A stretch of DNA of 64,000 nucleotides, taken from Escherichia phage EP1. Location: sequence record OR892555.1. One strand, given 5' to 3'. Below the pieces are notes generated by a model, which had not been told where the DNA came from, did no database searches, and worked only from the letters and a program-made list of their open reading frames with translations. The position numbers were made by a program, and so were the translations under genes. Below, one piece after another: positions 9,394 through 19,051 of this stretch (its first letter is position 1; every line of letters starts with the position of its first letter).

Positions 9394-12093
9394 ATGGAAA
9401 ACGTAGATTTTGAAAACTTGCACTTGGTAGGTGATACAGAAACTGATGGGTTACTCCTTGAGTTCACAAAAGCACATGTAATGGCATTTGCAGATTACAA
9501 AGATGATGGTGATGAACCTGCTGTGTGGGTATTCACCGATGAACCTATTCTTGGTCACAAATGCACTAAGTACATCAAAGGTGGTCTTCGTGAAGGTGTA
9601 GAGTTTGCTCTCAAGGCAAAGCGTCTCTGTATTCATAACGGTCTTGGCTACGACTGGTGGGTGTTCAATCACATTGCACCGGACTTATGGAACTTTGACA
9701 ATCCGAAGTGTAAACCTTGGGGAGACTTCTTTCAGGATTCTCTTATTCAGTCTCGTGTTCAGTGGATGGATAGACCTACACCAAAAGGTTACAAAGGTGC
9801 GCATGGTTTGGCTGCATGGGGTGCTCGTGTTGGTGTTCGTAAACCAGAGATTGAAGAGTGGGGTGTTTGGAATGCTGACATTCTGAACCGTGTTGTTGAG
9901 GATATTCGAATCAACGCCAAAACTAAACGTGCTCTTGATAACGAATACCTGAAGTTGAAGAAGTGTGGTGTAGACACTTACGAAACCTACATGCGAGCTA
10001 AAGAAACATCTTTCTGGATGAGTCAGCAAGCCATCAACGGTTGGAAAGCTGATATTGAACTTATGCAGTTCCATGTCAAAGAACTTGACAGATTGACTGA
10101 TGAATTAGCTGCTGAAGTTGAGCCTCATCTACCACCGACTATTAAGACGAAAGGTAAAGTTACTGGTGAAGAGTTTGCAAGGGCTTGGAACGAGTATGTT
10201 GAGACATTTGGTAAAGCAGATGGTCTGAAGCGCATCACTAAGTATCCAAAAACTAAGTTCCGTCAGCAGGTTCGTAATGGTGAGATGCAGACTTACGCTA
10301 TCAAACCTTTTGGTAAACCAACTACCAAGATTTTCAACATTGAGAAGCGTAACTGCTACACTCCAACTAACACGGTTACTGGAGAAGAGTACAAAGAAGG
10401 CTTCGTGGCAATGAAAGATGCTCGTGCAGTTTGTAACGAGTTGAATGCTGCGATTGATAAGAAGTGCAAAGACTGGAAACCAGTTAAGACCGTGAAGACT
10501 GTGAAGTACTACAATAATCACGTAGTAAATCACTTTGAACTTGAGTCAAGTCGTTACACAGGTTTGATTGATGCACCTTATACACCAATTGAGTTCGAAG
10601 TTTCACGCATGACTCAGGTTGCGGTTGTGAAGGATTATCTGAAAACTCTTGGCTGGATTCCTGATGACTGGAACTACAAGAAAGACTCTGATGGTCGTCC
10701 GGTGAAGGTTTGTCGCTTCAAAGACAACAAGAAGATGATTCGTAAACATCCGAAATGGCAAGAGATGGTGGAACGTTGCGGATTGAACTATGTTGAACAT
10801 GAAGGTGTACAGTATATCGAACACAACTGGTCTGTGAAGAAGTACACAGATTTGCTTGAGCCTTGCTTGATTCGTACTTCACCGAAACTGACTGAATCAT
10901 CTTACGATACAATTGAAGGTGAACTTGGACAGAAGATTGCGAAGTACTACACTTTGATGCACCGACGCAGAACTATTGAGAACTCAAAGGATGATGAAAA
11001 AGGTTGGTTAAACCAGATTCGTCCAGATGGTCGTTTGAGTGCTGGTGCAATGGTGTTTGGTACTTCAACTGGACGCATGACACAATACGGAATTGTGAAC
11101 GTACCTTCTGGTGCTGCTGTTTACGGTGAACCAATGAGGGCAGTCTGGATTTGTGAAGAAGGAACAAACGTAGTTTCCGTTGACATGAACTCTGCACAGC
11201 TTGTTTTACTGTGTAACTTTATGGGTGATAAAGAGTTCACCAAAGCGGTAACTCAGGGTAAAGAAGAGATTGAGTTTATCCGTCAGGAAGATGGCAGATA
11301 TTACTGCAAACACTTTGACGAATACCTGAATCCAGAAGTTGATAAGTATCTGCGTTATGACTCTGAAAACGACTTGTACGTAGTTTACTCAGGCACTGAT
11401 GCTCATACACTGAACAGTATCTACTTCAGCTTGAACGAAGAACAAGATATCTTGACTTGTCGTATGACTCAGGATGAAAATCTTCTTCACGAAATTAGTA
11501 AAGGTCGTAAAAAAGCTAAGAATGGTATCTATGCGTTACTGTTCGGTGCTGGTGATGAAAAGTTTGCTAAAACGATTAAAGCTGCGACTACTCAGGAAGG
11601 TGCATTGACTAAACAGACTTACTTTGTGCGCTTGCCGAAGATTAAGAAACTGTTAGATGACTTGGAAGCTGACTTTAAGGCAACTAAGAAAGCACTTGAA
11701 GAGGTGTTTGGTAAAACTGCTGCAATTGCTAAAGGTGGTTTTGTCAAGGTAGCTGGAGCATGGTTGTGGTGTAAGTCTCCACACAAACTGTTAAACTATT
11801 TGCTGATGGGTTCAGAAAGTCAGGTTCAAAATGAGGCAATTAACCTTGCTTGTCGTAGAGCCTATGACGAAGGGTTGATGAAATTGAATGGACGTAAGCC
11901 AGCTATCGGCGCTAGGCTTCTTCTGGCATACCACGATGAGAATAGTTGGGAATGTCCAGAGAGTATGACTCAAGAAGTTAAAGCTATTACTGACTGGATG
12001 TACGGACAGGCTTCTAAAAACCTTGGGCTAAGGAAAGAAACTATGGTAACAGGTACTGGTAAGGTTGGTAAGAGTTGGTTGGAAGTGCACTAA
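9394..12093 (+). CDS. DNA polymerase, family A, with N-terminal 3'-5' exonuclease domain
   Basis: Exo motif VGDTETDGL; Pol A-like motifs VSVDMNSAQLVLL (motif A-like), KNGIYALLFGAG (motif B-like), LLAYHDENSWE (motif C-like); 899 aa. Confidence 0.85.
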   Translation: MENVDFENLHLVGDTETDGLLLEFTKAHVMAFADYKDDGDEPAVWVFTDEPILGHKCTKYIKGGLREGVEFALKAKRLCIHNGLGYDWWVFNHIAPDLWNFDNPKCKPWGDFFQDSLIQSRVQWMDRPTPKGYKGAHGLAAWGARVGVRKPEIEEWGVWNADILNRVVEDIRINAKTKRALDNEYLKLKKCGVDTYETYMRAKETSFWMSQQAINGWKADIELMQFHVKELDRLTDELAAEVEPHLPPTIKTKGKVTGEEFARAWNEYVETFGKADGLKRITKYPKTKFRQQVRNGEMQTYAIKPFGKPTTKIFNIEKRNCYTPTNTVTGEEYKEGFVAMKDARAVCNELNAAIDKKCKDWKPVKTVKTVKYYNNHVVNHFELESSRYTGLIDAPYTPIEFEVSRMTQVAVVKDYLKTLGWIPDDWNYKKDSDGRPVKVCRFKDNKKMIRKHPKWQEMVERCGLNYVEHEGVQYIEHNWSVKKYTDLLEPCLIRTSPKLTESSYDTIEGELGQKIAKYYTLMHRRRTIENSKDDEKGWLNQIRPDGRLSAGAMVFGTSTGRMTQYGIVNVPSGAAVYGEPMRAVWICEEGTNVVSVDMNSAQLVLLCNFMGDKEFTKAVTQGKEEIEFIRQEDGRYYCKHFDEYLNPEVDKYLRYDSENDLYVVYSGTDAHTLNSIYFSLNEEQDILTCRMTQDENLLHEISKGRKKAKNGIYALLFGAGDEKFAKTIKAATTQEGALTKQTYFVRLPKIKKLLDDLEADFKATKKALEEVFGKTAAIAKGGFVKVAGAWLWCKSPHKLLNYLLMGSESQVQNEAINLACRRAYDEGLMKLNGRKPAIGARLLLAYHDENSWECPESMTQEVKAITDWMYGQASKNLGLRKETMVTGTGKVGKSWLEVH

Positions 12094-12102
12094 GGTATTG
12101 AA

Positions 12103-12615
12103 ATGATTACAGAAATTCGATTAAAGGAGATTTTAAAGTATGACCCCGATACAGGGGTCTTTACTTGGAAATTCAGAGAAGGTAATGCAAACTTTAACTC
12201 CAGATTTGGAGGCAAGAGGGCTGGAAACTACAGAACAAATACTGATGGTCACAAATCTGTCCAATTGCTGATTGATGGAAGGAGCTACCAAGCAAATCGT
12301 TTAGTTATCTTGTATATGGATGGATACCTACCCGATAAATCTTTACAGGTTGACCACAAAAACTGTGATGGATGGGATAACAGGTATTTGAATTTGAGGG
12401 TTTGCACAGCTTCACAAAACTCTTGCAATCGGTCTAAGAAGTCTCTATCAGGTTTACCAAAAGGTGTTCAGAAGATAAGGAAACGTTTTAGGGCAATGCT
12501 TCGTTTGCAAGGAAGGAATTACCATCTTGGGATGTTTGACACGCCTGAAGAAGCCCACGAAGCTTACTGTGAAGCTGCTATAAAACTCCACGGAGATTTT
12601 GCAAAACTTAGTTGA
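12103..12615 (+). CDS. HNH homing endonuclease with AP2-like DNA-binding domain
   Basis: HNH region VDHKNCDGWDN...CTASQN; C-terminal AP2-like RAMLRLQGRNYHLGMFDTPEEAHEAY; starts 10 nt after the polymerase stop. Confidence 0.7.
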   Translation: MITEIRLKEILKYDPDTGVFTWKFREGNANFNSRFGGKRAGNYRTNTDGHKSVQLLIDGRSYQANRLVILYMDGYLPDKSLQVDHKNCDGWDNRYLNLRVCTASQNSCNRSKKSLSGLPKGVQKIRKRFRAMLRLQGRNYHLGMFDTPEEAHEAYCEAAIKLHGDFAKLS

Positions 12616-12645
12616 CAAGGTGCTCATGGAAGAGTACCATATACT
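12612..12645 (+). promoter_or_regulatory. sigma70-like promoter candidate
   Basis: TTGACA at 12612-12617, 17-nt spacer, TACCAT at 12635-12640 (TATACT at 12640-12645). Confidence 0.35.
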
Positions 12646-12667
12646 ATATATTGTATAGGAGACTTGT

Positions 12668-12868
12668 ATGACTATTTCAGAAATTGAAGTTCAACTGCAA
12701 TGTGCTGGATACTCTCAAAGTGAGATTGAGTCTATGTGCATCATCATTTGCAGTAGCCATAAGCACCTCAAGCTTTCTAATGAAAATCTTCGCAAGGTTG
12801 ATATTTTTATTGCTGGAGGTAAGATTATCAAGGATAAGACAGGCTACCTTAAAGGTGAACGTCTATGA
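12668..12868 (+). CDS. hypothetical protein (66 aa)
   Basis: ORF track; RBS GGAGA upstream. Confidence 0.35.
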   Translation: MTISEIEVQLQCAGYSQSEIESMCIIICSSHKHLKLSNENLRKVDIFIAGGKIIKDKTGYLKGERL

Positions 12869-13074
12869 GCCATCGTGGAAGAACTCATCTCGCCATGATG
12901 CAAGGGGCTTCAAAAGAGACTATCAAGAATCGGAAGAAAACTCTTTTTGACAGAATGAATAGACTCATTGATAATGCAAGCCTACCTAACTCTGAAAAGG
13001 TTTTCTTGAAAGGGAATCTGAAGAGTATCGCACAGGAACTTATTGACATTGAATTTTGGAGACACCAAAAATGA
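12865..13074 (+). CDS. hypothetical protein (69 aa)
   Basis: ORF track; ATGA overlap with upstream gene. Confidence 0.35.
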   Translation: MSHRGRTHLAMMQGASKETIKNRKKTLFDRMNRLIDNASLPNSEKVFLKGNLKSIAQELIDIEFWRHQK

Positions 13075-13322
13075 GCAATAAAGAGCAAGAAGCTTTAGCA
13101 ATCTTCAAGAGCGAAGACAAATCAATAGCTTTTGTCTCAGAGGCTTGGTGCAGAGATTTGGGGTATGATTGGTATCTCTTCTTATGCGCTAAGAAAGATG
13201 TTAAACCAGTTGATGAAACCCGATTCAAAGAACTGTATAATATCTGCCAAGAGGGTTATGAAGAACATTACGAAGGTTCTTTGAATCTTGTAAATTCAAA
13301 AGCTTCAGACTTATTTTATTGA
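13072..13322 (+). CDS. hypothetical protein
   Basis: Start moved to MSNKEQ after GGAGA RBS. Confidence 0.35.
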
Positions 13323-13332
13323 GAGGTTCAAA

Positions 13333-13578
13333 ATGTTAAAATTATTGATACCAGCTTTAGTATTCTTACTGGTGGGGTGCAACCCTTCTTATGAGAATAA
13401 GGATGCCTCTTACAGACTTCCTCCAGAAATGCAAGACTGCAAGATTTACAAGCTTAATGGTGATGCCATTAGCAAAGATGTTATTGTAGTTCGCTGCCCA
13501 AATTCTCAGACGACAACTTCTTACAAGTATGGTAAGAATAATCAGTCACACACCACAGTTTTTGATGGAGGATATTGA
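13333..13578 (+). CDS. putative lipoprotein (81 aa)
   Basis: N-terminal MLKLLIPALVFLLVGC: hydrophobic signal with LVGC lipobox-like cysteine. Confidence 0.45.
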   Translation: MLKLLIPALVFLLVGCNPSYENKDASYRLPPEMQDCKIYKLNGDAISKDVIVVRCPNSQTTTSYKYGKNNQSHTTVFDGGY

Positions 13579-13579
13579 T

Positions 13580-13786
13580 ATGCAGGTTCTGGTAAACTTT
13601 ATCTATAAGTATGAAAACATCTTCAGCACTATGACTGTAGCTCAACGCAATCCGGTTATCCCACGAGAAGGGGAGACTGTTGAGATTAATGATTGGAACT
13701 ACAGAGTTGAAGAGGTCAAGCATAAACTTAAAGATGGTTATGACCACCAAGTTGTAAATGTGTATTTAAAAGGTAAGTGGCAATGA
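13580..13786 (+). CDS. hypothetical protein
   Basis: Start at MQVLVNF preceded by GGAGGA RBS. Confidence 0.35.
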   Translation: MQVLVNFIYKYENIFSTMTVAQRNPVIPREGETVEINDWNYRVEEVKHKLKDGYDHQVVNVYLKGKWQ

Positions 13787-13877
13787 GAGTCTTACATATC
13801 ATCTCTGAAGATTTTGGAGGGTGCTCTTGGCACTCATTTTTCACAAAAGGCTGTCTAGCTTGTGAGGCACGTAATAA

Positions 13878-14978
13878 ATGACAATTCTGTACAAACAAAA
13901 TAAAGATGGTTCTTTCAACGTCTGGTCATGTGTTGCTGTAGGTGATAAAGTCGTCACAACTTATGGTAAAGAAAATGGCAAGATGATGTTTGAAGAGTAC
14001 ACAGCAGAACCTAAGAACATCGGTAAGAAGAATGAGCGTAATGCTGAACAGCAAGCTCTCTTTGAAGTTGCTGCTAAGTACAAGAAGCAGGTTGACCGTA
14101 AAGGTTATGCTTATTCAAAATCTGAAGCAGAGAACACTGAAAAGGTTGGTGTACAACTCGCACAAGATGCTGCAAAGGTAAGCCATGCCAAGTATTTGAA
14201 GTTCCCTGCTGATGCTCAACCTAAGCTTGATGGTGTTCGTTGCCGCATATCAAGAGATGTTGACTCAGTGAACTTCACAGCTTATTCCCGTGAAAATACT
14301 GTGTACAACGTACCTGAAGAGTTGATTCCAGATTTACTCATGATGCTTAAACTCCATAAAGATGTTGATGATTTTGACGGTGAGATTTATGCTCATGGTT
14401 GGGACTTGGAAGATATTGTATCTATGATTAAGAATGCTGACAATCCAGACCGTCACCTGCTTAAATTCTACTGGTATGATATCTGTGATAAAACTAAAAC
14501 TTGGCCTGAGCGTCGTGGAATCATTGATAACTCACCAATTGTTGAACTCGGTGATGCTTGCAGAGTTGTGCCTGTTCAAACTATCCGTGTCAACTCTTGG
14601 GAAGAGTTCGACAAAGCCCATGATAATTGGGTTAAGCTGAAGTTTGAAGGGGCTATGTACCGTTCAATCTCTGAAGAATCTTTCTACGAGTGTAGTCACC
14701 GTTCATACTTCTTAATCAAGCATAAGAAGATGCACACTGAAGAGTTTAAAGTAACTGGTGTGAAGACTGATAAACGTGGTCATGGTAAGTTCGTTGTAGA
14801 AACTCTTCCTAACGTCTTTGTAGATGTTTCATGGAAAACTACCCATGATAAGAAACAGTATCTTGCTGAACATCCTGAAGAGTTTATCGGGAAGCCTTTG
14901 ACGGTTCAGTTCCAGAAGATGACTCGTAAGGGGTCTTTACAGTTCCCTGTTGGCCTCGTTATACGAGATTATGAATAA
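13878..14978 (+). CDS. ATP-dependent DNA ligase
   Basis: Adenylation motif I KLDGVRC; EGAMYRS and FLIKHKK resemble ligase motifs IV and V; 366 aa. Confidence 0.7.
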   Translation: MTILYKQNKDGSFNVWSCVAVGDKVVTTYGKENGKMMFEEYTAEPKNIGKKNERNAEQQALFEVAAKYKKQVDRKGYAYSKSEAENTEKVGVQLAQDAAKVSHAKYLKFPADAQPKLDGVRCRISRDVDSVNFTAYSRENTVYNVPEELIPDLLMMLKLHKDVDDFDGEIYAHGWDLEDIVSMIKNADNPDRHLLKFYWYDICDKTKTWPERRGIIDNSPIVELGDACRVVPVQTIRVNSWEEFDKAHDNWVKLKFEGAMYRSISEESFYECSHRSYFLIKHKKMHTEEFKVTGVKTDKRGHGKFVVETLPNVFVDVSWKTTHDKKQYLAEHPEEFIGKPLTVQFQKMTRKGSLQFPVGLVIRDYE

Positions 14979-14984
14979 AAGTTG

Positions 14985-15012
14985 TTGACATACACTCTCC
15001 GGTAGATATACT
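14985..15012 (+). promoter_or_regulatory. sigma70-like promoter
   Basis: TTGACA (14985-14990), 16-nt spacer, TATACT (15007-15012), about 50 nt upstream of the 15063 start. Confidence 0.5.
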
Positions 15013-15062
15013 AGCAATATAAAATTTGATATAGGAACTACCGGATGAGTTAGGAGAAGAAA

Positions 15063-15443
15063 ATGAAAAAGATTATGGTAGGTGTCATTCTGGCAACTCT
15101 GAGTTTTGGTGCATCAGCTATGAAGATGCCTGAAGCAGACTTTAGCAAGGTCTCTATGGAGGCTTGTCAGATTGTTCGTAAAGTCGTAACAGATGCTGGA
15201 GAGTTGACTAAACCGTTATCTTCTCCAACTGTAATGGAAATGTCTGACCGTATCACTGATTACAATTACCGTGTGATGGCAGACTACTACGAAGCTGTTT
15301 CTGATGCTATGGTCACTCAGGATGTTGACTTGCTTGATGACAAAGACATTGAGAAGGTTGAAGATACTAAGCGTGACATGATGGATGAAACTTTTAAAGG
15401 TGTTCATTATTTTGTTGAAAAGCGTACTTGTGTAGGTTTATGA
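15063..15443 (+). CDS. putative secreted/periplasmic protein (126 aa)
   Basis: N-terminal signal-peptide-like MKKIMVGVILATLSFGASA. Confidence 0.45.
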   Translation: MKKIMVGVILATLSFGASAMKMPEADFSKVSMEACQIVRKVVTDAGELTKPLSSPTVMEMSDRITDYNYRVMADYYEAVSDAMVTQDVDLLDDKDIEKVEDTKRDMMDETFKGVHYFVEKRTCVGL

Positions 15444-15444
15444 T

Positions 15445-15648
15445 ATGAAGAAGAATCATTGCAGAAAGAACTATGGAGAAGTGCTTGACGATGAAGGTTA
15501 TGCAATCTTTCGAGTTTACTGTGCAGATGACTCTGAAGTAGATAAAGCACTTGATGATTATATCAATGGTACTCGTGAAAACGTCAGAGCAACAAACATA
15601 GATTCATTGATTGACACTTCCAGAAAACGGAGGAAGAAAGATGAATGA
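15445..15648 (+). CDS. hypothetical protein (67 aa)
   Basis: ORF track. Confidence 0.3.
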   Translation: MKKNHCRKNYGEVLDDEGYAIFRVYCADDSEVDKALDDYINGTRENVRATNIDSLIDTSRKRRKKDE

Positions 15649-15940
15649 AGTCTTTGACCCTTACGCCCCACAAGATAAGTGGGAAGCCGATAGAGAGTAT
15701 GAGATGGAAAGTTATATCTGTCCAATGGATGTAGACGAAATGAGAGAGTTCGTTGCATTCCGTTTTGAAAAAGAAATTGAGAAAAGAAAACTTTCTCAGG
15801 CACAAGTGGCAAAAATTTGTGATATCTCTCAAAGTCGTGTTTCCAACATTGTCAATGGTACTGGAAAGATTACCCTTGAATACATGTTGAAAGCTTGTGA
15901 AAAACTTGGTGTTAACTTCAACTTAAGGTTGTCAGATTAA
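15641..15940 (+). CDS. helix-turn-helix (XRE-like) DNA-binding protein
   Basis: C-terminal LSQAQVAKICDISQSRVSNIVNG HTH-like segment; start set at MNEVFD after GGAGGAAG RBS. Confidence 0.5.
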   Translation: MNEVFDPYAPQDKWEADREYEMESYICPMDVDEMREFVAFRFEKEIEKRKLSQAQVAKICDISQSRVSNIVNGTGKITLEYMLKACEKLGVNFNLRLSD

Positions 15941-15941
15941 T

Positions 15942-16301
15942 ATGAAACGTGAAAATGCAATCATCAAAGGTAACTTCGCAATTGGCTTCTACGGGAAACC
16001 TACTGAAGCTGAGAAGGTATGGGGTCATGAGATTCTCGAAGAGATGATTCCAAAACTCCAAAAAGGAGAAATCAAGCATTCTGAAAAGAATCGTGTGAAA
16101 GGTTATATGGCAATTGGTTCAGCTATATCTAACATCAAACTTGAGACGACATGTGCAAAAGATGTTCGTAACTCGTTTATCAAAGAACTTTTCAATAACC
16201 TTGATGGTGTTGATGCTACCGCTATCTGGCTTGATATTGATGGTGTTAAGTATACAACTTTCGTATTTAAAAACGAGGATATCAAATGTCTCTTCCCGTA
16301 A
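15942..16301 (+). CDS. hypothetical protein (119 aa)
   Basis: ORF track. Confidence 0.4.
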   Translation: MKRENAIIKGNFAIGFYGKPTEAEKVWGHEILEEMIPKLQKGEIKHSEKNRVKGYMAIGSAISNIKLETTCAKDVRNSFIKELFNNLDGVDATAIWLDIDGVKYTTFVFKNEDIKCLFP

Positions 16302-16786
16302 AAATTGACTTGTTCTTCGGATACAATCTGATGACAGGATGTATGCTCAGTCTTCCAAAGTCTCCTTATCGTACTGAGAAGGGTGCTGTGAAACGTGCTG
16401 CACACTACAATAATGACTTAGGTCGTTTGCAGACGATTTACAAGTGGCTTGAAGAAGACGGTCGCGTGAATGAGTACTTTCATCAGCTTCGTATGTCTAA
16501 TGAAGAAAATAAGATGGGTTACGAAATGTTCCCACGTCTTTACAAAGTGACTTCACCAACTTCTCAAACTTGGAATGAGAAGTCTATTGAGGGTTACAAA
16601 AAGGTCACAATGTCTCCGTTTAGTAGTGGTGCAGAGTTTGAGAAGCTACGTGAGATAATTTATCAGACTGTTGCAAAGCGTGTTGCAAAGGGTCTTTCTT
16701 ATAATGAAAAGATTGACTGGAACACTCAAAAGGTTATACAATTCTTTGCATACGATAATGACAAACAAACTTTTGTAGAGGTTTAA
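16286..16786 (+). CDS. hypothetical protein (166 aa)
   Basis: ORF track. Confidence 0.4.
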   Translation: MSLPVKIDLFFGYNLMTGCMLSLPKSPYRTEKGAVKRAAHYNNDLGRLQTIYKWLEEDGRVNEYFHQLRMSNEENKMGYEMFPRLYKVTSPTSQTWNEKSIEGYKKVTMSPFSSGAEFEKLREIIYQTVAKRVAKGLSYNEKIDWNTQKVIQFFAYDNDKQTFVEV

Positions 16787-16787
16787 A

Positions 16788-17306
16788 ATGAAGATTGGAA
16801 ACAGCTTAACAGAGCCAGAAGCAATCCTGCTTAAGGGTGTTATCAAAGAACATCTGAAAAATCGTAGACTCCAAGAAGGTACAATCCTGATTGAGACAAA
16901 CTACGAAGCCGGAACGATTGAGTTTCTTGATGAAGATACTGGTGATGCACTTTGCCTTTTACCAACTCACCTCTTCACTACTGAGTTCCGAGATTCTAAA
17001 TCAATCTCTGTGAAGCTGGTTCCAAGCATTGAGTTGTATGAAGGTATGCAATATCCACGTAGCTTCAAAGCTTTACTTAACATCTTCATAGATGACATTG
17101 TAGATTTAGTAAGGCCAGAAGCTGGTGAGTATGTAATCACTGCTGAGTGTAAGAATAGCAGCTACATCACTCTCGCTGGTAATCTTTCAACGATGAACTT
17201 CTTAGATTTCATCCCGAAACACTTTGAAGACTTTCTTTCATCGTGTGGTGATGACCTTGATTTCATTGTAAAACTGGAACAAGAATATAAGGTGAATAAG
17301 AAATGA
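16788..17306 (+). CDS. hypothetical protein (172 aa)
   Basis: ORF track. Confidence 0.4.
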   Translation: MKIGNSLTEPEAILLKGVIKEHLKNRRLQEGTILIETNYEAGTIEFLDEDTGDALCLLPTHLFTTEFRDSKSISVKLVPSIELYEGMQYPRSFKALLNIFIDDIVDLVRPEAGEYVITAECKNSSYITLAGNLSTMNFLDFIPKHFEDFLSSCGDDLDFIVKLEQEYKVNKK

Positions 17307-17572
17307 AAATCTTTAAAGTTGAACACTGTTACATGCAGAGTGGTGAGCCAATTCGTTGTCCACATTGTGGTGGCACAGACTTCCAAGGTGAGGTTACAGA
17401 TATCATCTCTGGTCATGTAGCAGAAGAGTATACTCGTTGCCGTGGTTGTATGAAGATTGTTTCATTTTGGGCTTATGGAAGTTATGAGCCACACCCACAC
17501 ATTATTTACCATCCAGTTAAAGTGGTTAAGAACGTCATCAACTGGTTTATCATCAAGGGGTTTTTCAAATGA
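17303..17572 (+). CDS. zinc-ribbon protein (89 aa)
   Basis: CPHCGG ... CRGC paired CxxC motifs. Confidence 0.4.
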   Translation: MKIFKVEHCYMQSGEPIRCPHCGGTDFQGEVTDIISGHVAEEYTRCRGCMKIVSFWAYGSYEPHPHIIYHPVKVVKNVINWFIIKGFFK

Positions 17573-18114
17573 TTCGTTTAGTATTTGCAAGTGGTCGTAA
17601 AGGTGAGTTTGGTACTCCTGATGGAATGCCTTGGGAACGTAACCGTGAAGATATGAAAGAGTTTAAAAAGCTGACTCAAAACCAGCTTGTACTCATGGGT
17701 AATGAAACTTTCAAAACTCTTGGACGTAAACCTTTACCAAATCGTGAGAACATGATTCTGACAAACAACCTCCCATATTACGGTATAGACTTTGATAATG
17801 ATGGCTTTGTCTTTGCAAAGGTTGACCCAGATTCTTTCGGTGCATTCTTGAAGAAGATTGACAGCCAGATTGATGAAAACGTATGTGTGATTGGTGGTGC
17901 AAACATCTTGAAAGCAGCTTTACCGTTTGCTGATGAAGTTTACCACACAGTTATCTATGAAATTACTAAAGAGCCAACTGTGTATCTTCCTGAAGAGGGA
18001 TTCTTTGATTATTTACACGAACCTGAACTCTTTGCTAGAATACAGGCTAAACCTCTGGATGACAAATCTGGGGTTGTAAATTTCTATGTTCCACAAGTAA
18101 GAGGACGTTTCTGA
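17569..18114 (+). CDS. folA: dihydrofolate reductase
   Basis: MIRLVFASGRKGEFGTPDGMPWE...LVLMGNETFKTLGRKPLPNRENMILT matches DHFR N-terminal pattern; directly upstream of thymidylate synthase. Confidence 0.75.
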   Translation: MIRLVFASGRKGEFGTPDGMPWERNREDMKEFKKLTQNQLVLMGNETFKTLGRKPLPNRENMILTNNLPYYGIDFDNDGFVFAKVDPDSFGAFLKKIDSQIDENVCVIGGANILKAALPFADEVYHTVIYEITKEPTVYLPEEGFFDYLHEPELFARIQAKPLDDKSGVVNFYVPQVRGRF

Positions 18115-18115
18115 T

Positions 18116-19012
18116 ATGTCACAAGCAGATGTAAGCTACAAAAATATCCTGAACCATGTTTTAACAGTTGGTGAGCAGCGTAAAACCCGAACTGGTTCTG
18201 TAATTTCAACGTTCTCACCTCCAGAGTTTCGTTTTGATATGCGTACTGGTTTCCCTTTACTGACCTCTAAACAGGTTCTGACAAGACAAGTTATCGGGGA
18301 AGCTTTATGGTTCTTGAACGGTGAGAATAAACTTGGTCATCTTCGCTATCGTACTTGGGGAGAAAACGATGGGGAACGTTGGACAATCTGGACAAATGAC
18401 TTTGAACGCTGGCTTAAAACAACATATGCAAGCGAGCAAGACTGGTTAGAGGATGCAGGTGGACGAATCTACGGTGTTCAGTGGAGAGCCTCAGAAGGTC
18501 ATGGTGGCGTTACAGTTGACCAGTTAGACAATCTGATTACCAAGATGAAAAAGTCTCCTACAGACCGTTACATGCTGGTTAACGCTTGGAATGCTGCTGA
18601 TATCTCAGCTAATGCAATGGCTTTACCACCTTGTCATGTGCTTTTCCAGATTTACATCTCGAATACTGGTGAAGTGGATTTAAAATGGTATCAACGTTCT
18701 GTAGACAGTTTCTTAGGTTTGCCATTTAACATTGCGTCTTATGGTTTCATCTTAGAAGTGCTTTGCAAGATGACTGGCTATACACCTCGTTATCTGATTG
18801 GTACTTTTGGTGACACTCAGATTTATCAGAACCATATGAGTCAGGTATTCCAGCTTTTAGGTAATGAAGAGTTTCCTGCACCGAAGTTTGAGATTGTTCA
18901 AGATTTGAAATGTCTGGATGACCTAAAACATATGACTGCAAGTGACTTTATCGGTGGTTTCAAAGACTATCGACATGCAGGGAAGATTGAAGCTCCCTTG
19001 TCAGTAGGTTGA
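18116..19012 (+). CDS. thyA: thymidylate synthase
   Basis: Active-site region ALPPCHVLFQIY and YQRSVDSFLGLPFNIASY are ThyA signatures. Confidence 0.85.
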   Translation: MSQADVSYKNILNHVLTVGEQRKTRTGSVISTFSPPEFRFDMRTGFPLLTSKQVLTRQVIGEALWFLNGENKLGHLRYRTWGENDGERWTIWTNDFERWLKTTYASEQDWLEDAGGRIYGVQWRASEGHGGVTVDQLDNLITKMKKSPTDRYMLVNAWNAADISANAMALPPCHVLFQIYISNTGEVDLKWYQRSVDSFLGLPFNIASYGFILEVLCKMTGYTPRYLIGTFGDTQIYQNHMSQVFQLLGNEEFPAPKFEIVQDLKCLDDLKHMTASDFIGGFKDYRHAGKIEAPLSVG

Positions 19013-19021
19013 TAGATACAA

Positions 19022-19050
19022 AAAAGGCTCCTTTTTACGGGAGCCTTAAA
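19022..19050. terminator. bidirectional terminator hairpin between convergent genes
   Basis: GGCTCC-loop-GGAGCC hairpin; T-run on the minus-strand side, weaker on the plus side. Confidence 0.5.
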
Positions 19051-19051
19051 C

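Noticed and set aside
9451-10912. Several 60-130 aa ORFs on both strands inside the DNA polymerase gene
   Set aside because: All lie within or antisense to the polymerase reading frame, which has clear motifs; no independent signals.
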